Sequence record: ON529853.1
Length of the DNA stretch: 64,000 nucleotides
Direction: 5' to 3' (one strand)
A model generated the notes under the pieces. That model had not been told where the DNA came from. It searched no databases and worked only from the letters and a program-made list of their open reading frames with translations. The translations under genes were made by a program, and so were the position numbers. Shown piece by piece: positions 52,960 to 62,475 of the stretch (the first letter of the stretch is position 1; each line of letters begins with the position of its first letter).

Positions 52960-53871
52960 TTAGGCGGCGAGGGCGACGTCTAGGGCCTCGCCAGCGGGCT
53001 CCGCCTCGCCCGCGTCGGCCTTGGCGTTCAGAATGAACTCGGCGGCGGCTTGGGCCTTCGAGCACGCCTGAATGAAGGCCTTGGGGTTGGAGCGGATGCG
53101 CTTGGCCCATGCGCCGATATAGGCGGCGTGGTCGTCACGCTCGACGCTGGCGAAGCCTTGCGAGGCGCAGACAAACGCCGCCGTCAGTTCCGCAACCAAT
53201 TCCTCAAAGGCGTAAGCGTCGTCGCCGAACTCGCGCCCAAAGACGCGATTCAGGCGGTGCGCCGCGCCGGTCCAATGGCCGATCTCATGGAAGGCCGTCG
53301 AGTAAAAGCCATCGACCGAAACGAAGTCGGCGAAGGCCGGAAGCTGGATGCGATCGACGCTCGGCGCGTAAAAGGCTTTCGTGCCGCCGTAACGGATTTC
53401 GGCGCCGGTGGCGGTCATGAGGGCGTCAGCGGCGGCGATGCGCTCCAGTTCCGGGCGAGCGGCGGCGGGCTCCGCTTGGGGCAGTTCGATTCCGTCGCAC
53501 TGGGCGATGTTGAACACGGTGTAAGCCTTGGCGAAGAAAGACGCCTTTTCCTCGCCCGTCGCCTTGTCTTTGCGATTCGTCCGCGACCAGAAAAAGACTT
53601 GCGTTCCCTTCTCGCCCGCCCGGACGGAACCGCCCTTGGCCTTGGCTTGCTTGAACGTCAGCCAGACGGGTTCGGCATAGCCGCGCGCTTCCTGTTCCAT
53701 CCAGAGCCAGAACACGTTCGCGCCGCGATAGGCGCGGCCTTCGATGTTGTGCGGCATGGCGATAGCGCCGGGGCGCGAGGTCCAAGGCTTGGCCCAAGGG
53801 CGCACGCCCGATTCCAGCTTGCCCGCGATGGTCGCGGCGATCTTGTCGAAAACGTCGTTTGCTTGGGCCAT
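52960..53871 (-). CDS. ardC: ArdC-like ssDNA-binding/antirestriction protein (DUF1738 + zincin)
   Basis: PWAKPW, YRGANVFWL, WLTFKQA, VRAGEKG, YTVFN, AFHEIGHWTG, YAFEELVAE. Confidence 0.9.
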   Translation of the reverse strand: MAQANDVFDKIAATIAGKLESGVRPWAKPWTSRPGAIAMPHNIEGRAYRGANVFWLWMEQEARGYAEPVWLTFKQAKAKGGSVRAGEKGTQVFFWSRTNRKDKATGEEKASFFAKAYTVFNIAQCDGIELPQAEPAAARPELERIAAADALMTATGAEIRYGGTKAFYAPSVDRIQLPAFADFVSVDGFYSTAFHEIGHWTGAAHRLNRVFGREFGDDAYAFEELVAELTAAFVCASQGFASVERDDHAAYIGAWAKRIRSNPKAFIQACSKAQAAAEFILNAKADAGEAEPAGEALDVALAA

Positions 53872-54159
53872 GTCAGGCGCTCCCGTTGAGGTGATAGGGC
53901 CAAACTACCGTCCAACCCTTAACAAGAAGTTAACGGCAGAAATCTTTTTCGGCAAGTCCTATTTTAATCTTTTGTTAAGACTTTCGCCCTATGGTGTATC
54001 TTAGGGAGGGATCGGCTGGGCCGTTAACCATGTTCGTTAGGGCGGCGTTAACCTTAACGGAATCGGAGGCCGCGTTAAGGTTAACGAATCGGGCGGCGGC
54101 GTTAACCATGGGCCAGGCCCGCCGAAGGGCGGGCGGGGCCAGCAGCCCCGCCGCGCCGG

Positions 54160-54522
54160 TCAGAACGGCTTGACGATTCGATAGGCGTCGTTCGCCCGCG
54201 CTTGGGCGCCGCCGTAGTCGCAAGCGAGGAAGTTTTCCGCCGCGCGGGCTTGCAGCATGAGCGACTCTTGCAGGGGCGTCGCCGGGGCGTTGTCCGGGCG
54301 CGCCTCGATCAGCTTGGCGATCACCACGCGAACCATGCCGGTCGCGTCGTTGCGGGTCAGTTGGCGCGTGTCGCGCATCCACTGAATCGCCTTTTCGTGA
54401 ACGTCGTGAACCATGGTCAGGCACTCGCGATCAAAGGCCGATGCGCCGCGCGCGGCGGCGGTGATGTCGCCGAGGGTTTGCAGCATGAAGCCGATGGTCC
54501 GGGTTTTGCGTTCGTTCCGCAT
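54160..54522 (-). CDS. Hypothetical protein
   Basis: Clean ORF. Confidence 0.7.
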   Translation of the reverse strand: MRNERKTRTIGFMLQTLGDITAAARGASAFDRECLTMVHDVHEKAIQWMRDTRQLTRNDATGMVRVVIAKLIEARPDNAPATPLQESLMLQARAAENFLACDYGGAQARANDAYRIVKPF

Positions 54523-54618
54523 CGCGGTGATTCCTTGGCAGGGGCGGCAACAGCGCCGCCCGACTGTTAGAGCACGCGGAACATTCCTTTACAAGAGCGT
54601 TCCGCGCCTTTTTTGAGG

Positions 54619-54804
54619 TCAGCGGCGCGCCGGGCGCGACCAGCGGGGTTCGGTTCCGCGCGGCGGCATCGGGGCCGATTCGTCGTCGTCGTGGTCGCGC
54701 CACTTGCGCGAGCGAGAGGCTTCGCGGCTGGCGAATCGGTCCTGCTTGTCGAGCGTGTTGCGGGCGTCGTCGAGGGCGGCGTTACGGCGGAAGGTGCGGG
54801 CCAT
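54619..54804 (-). CDS. Small charged protein
   Basis: GGAGT RBS; CtrA promoter. Confidence 0.65.
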   Translation of the reverse strand: MARTFRRNAALDDARNTLDKQDRFASREASRSRKWRDHDDDESAPMPPRGTEPRWSRPARR

Positions 54805-55118
54805 GTCTGGACTCCAAGGGTTCGGGCGGCGGCCAATCCGTCGCCCTGTTGACACCCTAGAGGCCGAGGTCTTAACAAAACGTTAAGAGCGGAGCCAGTT
54901 GAAAATCTTTCTGCTGTTAATCTTTTGTTAAGACTTTCGCCCTATGGTGTATCTTAGGGAGGGATCGGCTGGGCCGTTAACCATGTTCGTTAGGGCGGCG
55001 TTAACCTTAACAAAACCTTAAGCCCGTTAACCTGAATCGTTAAGGTTAACGGATTCGCCCGCCGCGTTAACCATGTTTCCCACGGCACAAAGAGAGGGGG
55101 CTGTCAAGCCCCCTCGCC

Positions 55119-55361
55119 TTAATCGTGGCGGAAGATCGTGCGGGGCTTCGCGGCCAGCCGCATGGCGTGGCGGCGCTCGATTCGCTTGCCCTGATAGAAA
55201 TAGGTGCAGCGACCGAAACGGCCCTTCGGGCCGCGATGGATGCGCGTGACCAGTTCGCCGCCGTTCACTTGCGCGACCAGAACGGTCAGGCGAGCGGTGC
55301 GGGCCTCGACCAGCGAGGCGGTCAGGGCGTTGCGGGCGTTCAGGGTGCGGGCGGTTTGCAT
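55119..55361 (-). CDS. Small basic protein
   Basis: GGAGA RBS; CtrA promoter. Confidence 0.7.
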   Translation of the reverse strand: MQTARTLNARNALTASLVEARTARLTVLVAQVNGGELVTRIHRGPKGRFGRCTYFYQGKRIERRHAMRLAAKPRTIFRHD

Positions 55362-55639
55362 CGGGCGTCTCCGTGAGGGCCAATCCCTCTTGACCTGACC
55401 AATATGGGGCCAAGAAGTTAACAAGAGGTTAACACCAGAAAAAAGTTCGGTGAAAACGACTCGCAAGTTTTCGGCCCTCGGCGCCGGGCGCGGAGGGGGT
55501 GCGGACGGGCCGGGGCGGCGGGCCTCGACCGGGCGGGGCGGCCCGCCGAGGGGCGCGGGCCGGGGCTCGACCGGGCCGGGGCGACGGGCGCGGCCATCCC
55601 CGCCCGGCGTGGGTCGGACGATCTGGGCGGGCCTCCCGT

Positions 55640-55805
55640 GGGCGGAAACGGCCCGGCGTCAAGTTCGCCCGTGTGGGTGGAAACGGCCCGACGTCAAGTT
55701 CGCCCGTAGGCGGAAATGAAGCCGCGTCAAGTCAAGTCCGCGAGCGAAAGCGAAGCGGCGTCAGGTCAAGCCCGAAGGCGAAAGCGACGCCGCGTCAGGT
55801 CAGGG
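55640..55805. repeat. Five degenerate repeats CGTCA(A/G)GT, period ~34 bp
   Basis: Cores at 55657, 55692, 55725, 55759, 55793. Confidence 0.7.
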
Positions 55806-56306
55806 CAGGGCGACGCCGCGCACCAGCAAGGTCGCCGGCTCGCCGGTGACGCCCTCGACGAAAGCCCCGACGAAGTCCTGGACCTTGACCACATGGTCAG
55901 GCGGGAAGCCGAACGATTGCGTTTCGCCGTCCAGTCGAATGCAGTCCGGCGTCTCCTGTTCTAGGCGGACCACGGTGAACCACGAATGCTCCAGCGACGG
56001 GTCGTCCCAGTTCGGGTCGGCGATGTCGTCGTGTTGCAGGTCCAGTTGGTCGCCGGGGTGCAGGTCGCGCACGGCGATCTCGCTCGGGATGCTCGGCCCA
56101 TAATAGACCACGGCGCCGTCTTCGATCTTGCCGCCGGTCCAGCCGCGCGCGCGGGCGAAGGCGTAGAGGGCCACCGAGTCCGCGAAGACCGGGGACAGCA
56201 GGTCGGCGTCTTTCGGCCCCTTGCCGTCCGTGGGGTCGAACAGGAAGGTTCCCGTCGCGCCATTGGCGGCGGTGCATTGGATGGCGAGGTGAGCGATCTT
56301 GGACAT
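55800..56306 (-). CDS. Hypothetical protein
   Basis: GGAGA RBS; CtrA promoter. Confidence 0.75.
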   Translation of the reverse strand: MSKIAHLAIQCTAANGATGTFLFDPTDGKGPKDADLLSPVFADSVALYAFARARGWTGGKIEDGAVVYYGPSIPSEIAVRDLHPGDQLDLQHDDIADPNWDDPSLEHSWFTVVRLEQETPDCIRLDGETQSFGFPPDHVVKVQDFVGAFVEGVTGEPATLLVRGVALP

Positions 56307-56454
56307 CGGGCGTCTCCGGTTTCGATCCTGCTACCCTAGCGGACAGAAGTTAACAAGAGGTTAACGCCGGACGATTTTCCGGCGAGGCCAGCGCCGGGCG
56401 GGCGTTAACCTTAACAGGCGTTAACGAAGCCAGGCCAGCGGTCCCCGCCGCCGC

Positions 56455-56784
56455 CTAGTGCGCGTGGAAGTCCACGCGCCCGGCGGGCGAGACGTCGAAG
56501 TCCCAGACGTTGAAACGGGCGGCTTCGGCGGCCTCGGCCTCTTCAGCCGCGCGGGCGGCGGCGTAGGCCTCGCCCTCGGCCTTGTAGGCCGCTTCGGCCT
56601 CGGCCAGTTCCGCGCACTCGCGGGCGTAGGCCTCGGGGCAGCCGTAGCCCGTGGGGCGGTTGGGGCGGGCGTCGAGCCACGCTTGCGCGGCGGCGACCGT
56701 GACGCCCGCCATGACCGGGCGGACGCCGTAGTCGTTGCGGTGCAGGGCGTAGTAGAGGTCGAGGGTTTCCTGATCGTCGGTCAT
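56455..56784 (-). CDS. Hypothetical protein
   Basis: GGAGAG RBS; CtrA promoter. Confidence 0.7.
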   Translation of the reverse strand: MTDDQETLDLYYALHRNDYGVRPVMAGVTVAAAQAWLDARPNRPTGYGCPEAYARECAELAEAEAAYKAEGEAYAAARAAEEAEAAEAARFNVWDFDVSPAGRVDFHAH

Positions 56785-56871
56785 CACGTCTCTCCGGCGG
56801 GCCAGTCCCGCCACGTCCTCACCCTAGCGGACAGTTGTTAACAAGAGGTTAACGTCAGTGAGAAAATCGGA

Positions 56872-56980
56872 CAGGGTCCCCGGCGATGAATTGGGCAGGG
56901 TCCCCGGTCGAAAAATCAGGCAGGGTCCCCGGCGATGAATCGGGCTGGGTCCCCGGTCGAAAAATCAGGCAGGGTCCCCG
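56872..56980. repeat. Iteron-like array, 5 x C(A/T)GGGTCCCCG, alternating 24/25-bp period
   Basis: Copies at 56872, 56896, 56921, 56945, 56970. Confidence 0.9.
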
Positions 56981-57005
56981 TTAACCTTAACGGGCGGGGG
57001 CCGCG

Positions 57006-57125
57006 CTAGGCTCCGCGACCCTTGCGGGAGTAGGAGCCTTTACCCTTGCGGGCCTTGACCACGCGGACCCGATAAGCCGGGGTGGCGAGGGCGGCGGCGG
57101 CGGGGTTGCGTTTCGGGGCGGCCAT
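57006..57125 (-). CDS. arfA: ArfA-like ribosome-rescue factor (39 aa)
   Basis: MAAPKRNPAAAALATPAYRVRVVKARKGKGSYSRKGRGA; KGKGSYxRK motif; GGAGA RBS; CtrA promoter. Confidence 0.75.
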   Translation of the reverse strand: MAAPKRNPAAAALATPAYRVRVVKARKGKGSYSRKGRGA

Positions 57126-57179
57126 GGGGTGTCTCCGTGGTTGATGGAAACACCCTAGCTGACAGTTGTTAACAAGAGG

Positions 57180-57626
57180 TTAAGCGGTCGGATATTTCGC
57201 CTGAAGCGCCGCCAGCTTGGCGCGGTCCTCCGCTTCGGCAGCGCGGCGGGCGGCGGCGGCCTTACGGGCGGCGGCGGCGCGCTTGGCGTCGCGGGCGGCG
57301 GTTTCCGGGGCCAGCCACGCCGGGTCAGCGCCATCCGCGACAGGGGCCAGGTACGTCAAGGGGAAAGACACCTCAACCCAGTCCTGATGGCCGTAGCTTC
57401 CCGAAACGTAGAATTTGGCATCCACGGTTTCAGGTTTGTCGCCGCGCGCCTCGTCCAGTTCCCAGCTTTCGAGATAGCCGTAGACGACAGTGTCCAGTCT
57501 TTGGTCCTTGGGCTTCACAGGCTCATCCAGCCGGAAGATGTAAATCTCACGGGCCAAGTGTTCCAGCGCCTCGTTGAGGGCGTCGCGCTCGGCCGCAAAG
57601 GCCTTAAGACGGTCAGGGGTCAGCAT
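57180..57626 (-). CDS. Hypothetical protein
   Basis: GGAGA RBS. Confidence 0.7.
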   Translation of the reverse strand: MLTPDRLKAFAAERDALNEALEHLAREIYIFRLDEPVKPKDQRLDTVVYGYLESWELDEARGDKPETVDAKFYVSGSYGHQDWVEVSFPLTYLAPVADGADPAWLAPETAARDAKRAAAARKAAAARRAAEAEDRAKLAALQAKYPTA

Positions 57627-57641
57627 GGGCGGTTCTCCGGT

Positions 57642-58115
57642 TCAGGGCGCGGGCGTTTCGGTCAGGGCGGCGCGCAGGGCTTGGGTGACGGGGCGGATCG
57701 TCAGGGGGTAGGCTTTCGAGGCGTCCCAGTGGCGCTGCATCAGGGCTTCGGCCTCGTCCAGCGTCTCGGCGGTTCCGCTTTTCAGCTTGACCCAGCCGGG
57801 GGCGATTGACGACACGTCTTCGAGCACGACATAGGGGGCGGGCAGACGCACAACCTCAAACCGTAGGGCCGGGTTTTCCGCCACGCCGAACGACTTGACG
57901 ACTTTGAAGTGCGACTCATCCACGACGCGCAAGGCAAAGCGCGCCTGATAGGTGTCGGCGTCTTTCTTTTCGACAAAAAGGCCCAGTCCGTTGTTCCGCT
58001 CCCACTCGGCCAGCTTCTTGGTGAAGCGCGCGGGCGGCTTGGCGGTCCCGTCGGTGAAACGGATCGTCGCGCCGTAGGGGGCCAGCGCGTGCAGTTCGGT
58101 GGCGGTCAGAAACAT
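57642..58115 (-). CDS. Hypothetical protein
   Basis: GGGAGA RBS; CtrA promoter. Confidence 0.75.
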   Translation of the reverse strand: MFLTATELHALAPYGATIRFTDGTAKPPARFTKKLAEWERNNGLGLFVEKKDADTYQARFALRVVDESHFKVVKSFGVAENPALRFEVVRLPAPYVVLEDVSSIAPGWVKLKSGTAETLDEAEALMQRHWDASKAYPLTIRPVTQALRAALTETPAP

Positions 58116-58253
58116 GGGGGCTCTCCCGTAGATGATGCGTCGGTTCTAGCACCGATTCGTTAACAGGAGGTTAACGCGCCGGGCGGGCGGCGGGCGTTAA
58201 CCTTAACGGGCGGGCGGGAAGGATCAGGCCCGCCGAGAAGGCGGGCCGTCGCC

Positions 58254-58766
58254 TTAGACGGTGATGGCGTCGCGGGCCTTGGTCAGTTCCTCGATCAACA
58301 CATCAAGGCGGCGCACGGCCTCGGCGCCGCTGTCGCAGTCTTCCTTGGCGTCCAGTTCCACCATGACGGCGGTGAAGATGGTGTCGCCCGCGTCCGTCGC
58401 GTCGGCCAGGGTTTCCATCCACACGTAATCCGCCTCGCCGTAGGCGTTGGCGAATTCGCGTTGCCACGGCGACAGGGGCGTGTCGGGCAGGGTCACGCCC
58501 AGCGTGTGCGGCATCAGGTCGGCGGCGACTTTCAGGATTTGGAAAGACCCCGCCATGCCGTCGTCATAGGCGGCTTGCAGTTCCTTGGCGATCTGGCGGG
58601 CGAGGTCGCCGCCGGTCGCCGTGCCTTGTTCGTCGCCCAGCACGGCCTCGTCGTCGCCGAGGTCGCGGGTCAGCAGCACGATGGCCTGATATTGGTGATC
58701 AGGGTGGACGCGGCAGTGTTCCACCACGTCAGCGCGCGGCAGGATGAAGGGGGTCAGGTCGGTCAT
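58254..58766 (-). CDS. Hypothetical acidic protein
   Basis: GGGAGA RBS; CtrA promoter. Confidence 0.75.
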   Translation of the reverse strand: MTDLTPFILPRADVVEHCRVHPDHQYQAIVLLTRDLGDDEAVLGDEQGTATGGDLARQIAKELQAAYDDGMAGSFQILKVAADLMPHTLGVTLPDTPLSPWQREFANAYGEADYVWMETLADATDAGDTIFTAVMVELDAKEDCDSGAEAVRRLDVLIEELTKARDAITV

Positions 58767-58878
58767 GGGCTCTCCCGTCGATGATGGGTCGGTTCTAGCA
58801 CCGATTCGTTAACAGGAGGTTAACGCGTCGGGCGGGGCGGCGGGCGTTAACCTTAACGGAAGGTGAAGGGTCGGCGCG

Positions 58879-59208
58879 TCAGGGGAGGCGCGCCGGGTTC
58901 AGGGCCAGACTGACGCGGCGGGCCTTGGACGGCTTGCCGGTCAGGATTCGCTTGTCGGTCTTGGCCCCGCAGCAGGTGCAGACGGCGCGGCCTAGATCGA
59001 ACCGGACCGAAGCCAGGGGGTCGCAGGTGCCGTTCACGGTCAGCTTGAGCGCGGCGTCTGACAGCTTGGGGTGATGGCCCAGCCTGTCCCGGCGGCGCTC
59101 GGCGTGGGCGCTCATGCCCGCCGCGTTGCGGTTGCCCCGGCGCACCACAGTCCCGGCGACCTTGTAGAGGCCGCCGGAAAAGGTGTTGTCGATGGCGTAG
59201 CGCCGCAT
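58879..59208 (-). CDS. Hypothetical protein with CxC(C) motif
   Basis: TGATG overlap. Confidence 0.65.
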   Translation of the reverse strand: MRRYAIDNTFSGGLYKVAGTVVRRGNRNAAGMSAHAERRRDRLGHHPKLSDAALKLTVNGTCDPLASVRFDLGRAVCTCCGAKTDKRILTGKPSKARRVSLALNPARLP

Positions 59209-59381
59209 CAGGCGTTCACATCAAAGCGACCAACGCGGTTCCCGTTGACGTCGCGCACGGCGCCCATGTCGGCCCCGTTCTCGATCTTGTCGGCGAGGTC
59301 GCGCAGGATGCGGGCGAGTTCGCCGGGCTTGGCGTCGTCGTCAAAGGCGGCGTTGCCGGTGTCGATTTCCAGTTTGAACAT
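59208..59381 (-). CDS. Hypothetical protein (57 aa)
   Basis: MFKLEIDTGNAAF...; GGAGA RBS; CtrA promoter. Confidence 0.75.
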   Translation of the reverse strand: MFKLEIDTGNAAFDDDAKPGELARILRDLADKIENGADMGAVRDVNGNRVGRFDVNA

Positions 59382-59536
59382 GGTCTGTCTCCGTTTCGAT
59401 CCTTAGACCATAGCCGACAGAAGTTAACAATAGGTTAAGGGCTTCGCGACCTGTTGCGAGGGGTTGGCGTTAACCTTAACGGGGCGGGGCAAAAGAGGGA
59501 CGGCGGCCATCCCGGCGCCGTCCAGTTGCAGGCGGA

Positions 59537-59830
59537 TCAGGCCGCGAAGGGCCGATTACGGGTGCGGCGCTCGCCGTAGTCGGTGACGGCCTCGCGCAGG
59601 TCCGAGAAATAATGACCCGACGAATAGCCAGGGCGGGGCTGATTGCGGTAGTCGACTCGCATATGGGTCACGTAGCGATTCGCGTCGTGATGGTCGGGGC
59701 CGAAGTCACGCAGGACGATGGCGCCGGGTTCGGTGGCGGAGTCGCCGCGCAGCTTGAACTCCGCGAGGGTGACGGGGAACTTCGTCGCCGCTTCAGAGCG
59801 GGCCTTGATCTGGTTGAACAGGTCGGACAT
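59537..59830 (-). CDS. Hypothetical protein
   Basis: GGAGAG RBS; CtrA promoter. Confidence 0.7.
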   Translation of the reverse strand: MSDLFNQIKARSEAATKFPVTLAEFKLRGDSATEPGAIVLRDFGPDHHDANRYVTHMRVDYRNQPRPGYSSGHYFSDLREAVTDYGERRTRNRPFAA

Positions 59831-60013
59831 CGGTTTCTCTCCTTCGATGCCCCAACATCGCACAAAGGTCTTAACGAACCGTTAACACGGTAGGGACCGG
59901 GTGGTGAAGGCGCGTTAAGGTTAACAGGGCGGGGCAAAAGAGGGGACGGCGGCCATCCCGGCGCCGTCCAGTTTGCCGCGATCAGCGTTCGCGGCGACGC
60001 GTTCGGTTGCCGC

Positions 60014-60313
60014 CTAGAGGGCGGTCAGGGCGTGCCACAGGGCATTAGGGACCACGGCGCCCGCCGCGACCGGCGCGAAGGCGGTTTCCCCGCCCTCGGG
60101 GCCGTAGTGGGGCATGACGCAGCCGGGCAGGGCGTCGATCATGCGGATGCGGTAGAGCGGCACGTCCGCGAAAGGGGGGTTCTCGACCCGGCCCAGCACC
60201 TCGGCGCGACCTTCGCCGCCGTTGAGGTAGCCGGGTGCATAGGTCACGATCTGGCCCGGCGCAAAGGTGGTGTTTTCCGGGGTGCGGGCGGGGGCGAGGG
60301 CGATGCGGGTCAT
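60014..60313 (-). CDS. Hypothetical protein
   Basis: GGAG RBS. Confidence 0.65.
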   Translation of the reverse strand: MTRIALAPARTPENTTFAPGQIVTYAPGYLNGGEGRAEVLGRVENPPFADVPLYRIRMIDALPGCVMPHYGPEGGETAFAPVAAGAVVPNALWHALTAL

Positions 60314-60314
60314 G

Positions 60315-60494
60315 TCAGGCTCCAGCGGACAGAAGAACGGCGGTCGAGAGGTGTTGCGTCGCCTGCTTGCGCAGGGCGGCGGTCAGGAGGCGGGCCGCTT
60401 CCTTGGCGTTCCCGGCCAGCGCCGCCGCTTCGGCGCGCTTGGCGAAAAAGGCCTTGGACTTGCGGGCGCGCCGGGCGCGTTGGTGATCGGTCAT
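60315..60494 (-). CDS. Small Ala/Arg-rich protein
   Basis: GGGAG RBS; CtrA promoter. Confidence 0.65.
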   Translation of the reverse strand: MTDHQRARRARKSKAFFAKRAEAAALAGNAKEAARLLTAALRKQATQHLSTAVLLSAGA

Positions 60495-60619
60495 CGGGCT
60501 TGCTCCCTTGTGATGCCCCTAGTCCTACAGGATAGAAGTTAACAAGAGATTAACGCCGAGACGATCGGTCGGCGGGGGCGCCGGGCCTTAACCTTAACGC
60601 CGGGCGGCGGTGGGGCGGC

Positions 60620-60832
60620 CTAGCGGCCAGCCCCTTGGGTCTTTTGCGCCATACGCCGCGCGCGCCCGGCGGTCCAGCCCCGGCGGTAGGCGTCGCCGAT
60701 CTGGCGGCGGTCTTCGCCCACGGCCCATGACATCCGGTTGTCGCGGCGCCCATATTCCAACCCGCCCTCGGCGTCAATGACGCCGCCGTGATATTGCGCC
60801 ATCAAGGCGCGTTCCGTGACCGGGAGCCCCAT
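60620..60832 (-). CDS. Hypothetical protein
   Basis: TGATG overlap; AYRRGW motif. Confidence 0.65.
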   Translation of the reverse strand: MGLPVTERALMAQYHGGVIDAEGGLEYGRRDNRMSWAVGEDRRQIGDAYRRGWTAGRARRMAQKTQGAGR

Positions 60833-61056
60833 CAGTGAACCCCGCCCAGCCGGGCGGCGCGCTGGCCGTCGTTTTCCATGTAGAAGTGACCGTCGATGCG
60901 GTAGATGCGTTTCCCGGCGTCATAGGGGCGCAAGCCCCCGAACGCGACTTGGAAGGTGGCGGGCGCGTCGCCCACGTAGAGGGTCGCCCCGTCCGGCTTG
61001 ACGCAGACGGCGGCGCCCTCGCGGACCTGAACGGTTCCGATCAGTCGGCGGGCCAT
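60832..61056 (-). CDS. Hypothetical protein
   Basis: TGATG overlaps. Confidence 0.7.
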   Translation of the reverse strand: MARRLIGTVQVREGAAVCVKPDGATLYVGDAPATFQVAFGGLRPYDAGKRIYRIDGHFYMENDGQRAARLGGVH

Positions 61057-61355
61057 CAGGCGGCGGCCTTCTTGGCGGCGGGCTTGTAGGCCTCGACGCG
61101 ACCGTCCAGCAGGGCGGCGCCGTCCAGCGGTCCCTCGAACGACTGCACGTCGTCCAGCGCCGCCATCGTCACGGCGCGGAAGGCCTTTTTGCGGACGTTG
61201 GAATTGACGGCCCCGTCCGTGGCGCGGCTAACGGCGCGGTAACAGGCTTCGGGGTGGGATTGCGCCTGAACCGTCCTCTTATAGACGCCCAGGTCATCGC
61301 CCAGCCAGAACATGACGACGAAATCTTGGCGGGCGGGTCGGATCGGGTGTTGCAT
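61056..61355 (-). CDS. Hypothetical protein
   Basis: CtrA promoter; likely start MQHP. Confidence 0.7.
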   Translation of the reverse strand: MQHPIRPARQDFVVMFWLGDDLGVYKRTVQAQSHPEACYRAVSRATDGAVNSNVRKKAFRAVTMAALDDVQSFEGPLDGAALLDGRVEAYKPAAKKAAA

Positions 61356-61507
61356 CGCGGGTGGTCCCTTGCGGTGGTTTGTTCCCTTATACATAGACGA
61401 CAGAAGTTAACAAAAGGTTAAGACGCCGACGTTGTCGCGGGGCGGCGGCGGGGTGTTAACCTTAACGACAGGTTAACGGGTCAGCGGCCCCGAAGGGCCG
61501 CCTTGCG

Positions 61508-61927
61508 TCAGGCCGCGACCGGCTGGCGCAGCAGGGACCACAGCCGGTCCATCGCCTTGTTGACGACGTGAGGCGACCCGACGCCGAACGGTGTGACGTT
61601 GACCACGTCGGCGGACTTCCAGACATAGGCCCGGATCGTGCCGACGCGCGGGCCGTGCGGCGGCTGTTCGGTGGTGACGAACAGGGTCACGCCCAGGTCT
61701 TCGAAGTCATAGAAGCCGCCGGGGAACTTCGTGCCGAATCCCTTCATGGCGTTCTTGTCGAACCAATGGCCGCGACGGCGGCGGGCGTAGTCGCGCTCGA
61801 TGTTGGCGAGGCAGTTGCTCGAACCCTCGAAGGCCGGGCCTTCGTGCGGGGCGGGCGCGGCGTCCGCCAGAAGGCCCGGCAGGGCGGCGGCGGCGGCGAG
61901 GGCGATGCGTTCGGCTTGGGTGGTCAT
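61508..61927 (-). CDS. Hypothetical protein
   Basis: GGAGA RBS; GHWFDKNAMKGFG. Confidence 0.75.
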   Translation of the reverse strand: MTTQAERIALAAAAALPGLLADAAPAPHEGPAFEGSSNCLANIERDYARRRRGHWFDKNAMKGFGTKFPGGFYDFEDLGVTLFVTTEQPPHGPRVGTIRAYVWKSADVVNVTPFGVGSPHVVNKAMDRLWSLLRQPVAA

Positions 61928-61987
61928 GGTCGTCTCCGGTTTGATAGGGCCAACCTACAGGGAGGAAGTTAACAAAGCGTTAACAGG

Positions 61988-62317
61988 TTAGTCAATGACC
62001 TTCAGCCCGGCGGCGATCTGATCCTGATAGTGGGCGGCGTTCGCCGTGGCCTCTTTGAAGCCGGGGCTGTCCACAGGGAAGCGCGCCGCCTGTCGCGTGT
62101 AGGTCGCAGCGGCGTCGCGGGCCATGGCCTCGATGCGGGCGCGGGCGCGGCGCTTGGCCTCCGCTTCGTTGGGCGCCGCGTCCGAATCATAGCCGCCTTG
62201 CGACCACACAGAGGCCGATTGCCCTTCGCGCCAGTCGCCCCGGCCATGGGATTGCACGTAGCCGTGAATGACGTGACCGCCTTGGCGGTTGTCGGCTTTC
62301 AGGGATGCGACGAACAT
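61988..62317 (-). CDS. Hypothetical protein
   Basis: GGAGAG RBS; CtrA promoter. Confidence 0.7.
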   Translation of the reverse strand: MFVASLKADNRQGGHVIHGYVQSHGRGDWREGQSASVWSQGGYDSDAAPNEAEAKRRARARIEAMARDAAATYTRQAARFPVDSPGFKEATANAAHYQDQIAAGLKVID

Positions 62318-62475
62318 GGGACTCTCCGTGGGTTGAGGCTTCACACTAGAGGCTAGTTCTTAACAAACAGTTAAAGACTGTCAAGCGGTTTCGCAGGGCT
62401 TAACCTTAATGCGGCGTTAAGGTTAACGGCGGGCGGGCGGGCGTCGCCCCGGCGCGAGGCCGGGGCGATCCTGGG

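Larger units (their letters stand above)
53964..55011 (+). repeat. 95-bp direct repeat (53964-54058 and 54917-55011) holding a plus-strand CtrA promoter
   Basis: Identical TTAATCTTTTGTTAAGACTTTCGCCCTATGG...TTAACCTTAAC. Confidence 0.9.

Noticed and set aside
53991-54173. Plus-strand 60-aa ORF after the duplicated promoter
   Set aside because: Made of TTAA regulatory motifs; not preserved in the second copy
56872-56980. CRISPR array
   Set aside because: Spacers are 13-14 nt and alternate identically; no cas genes
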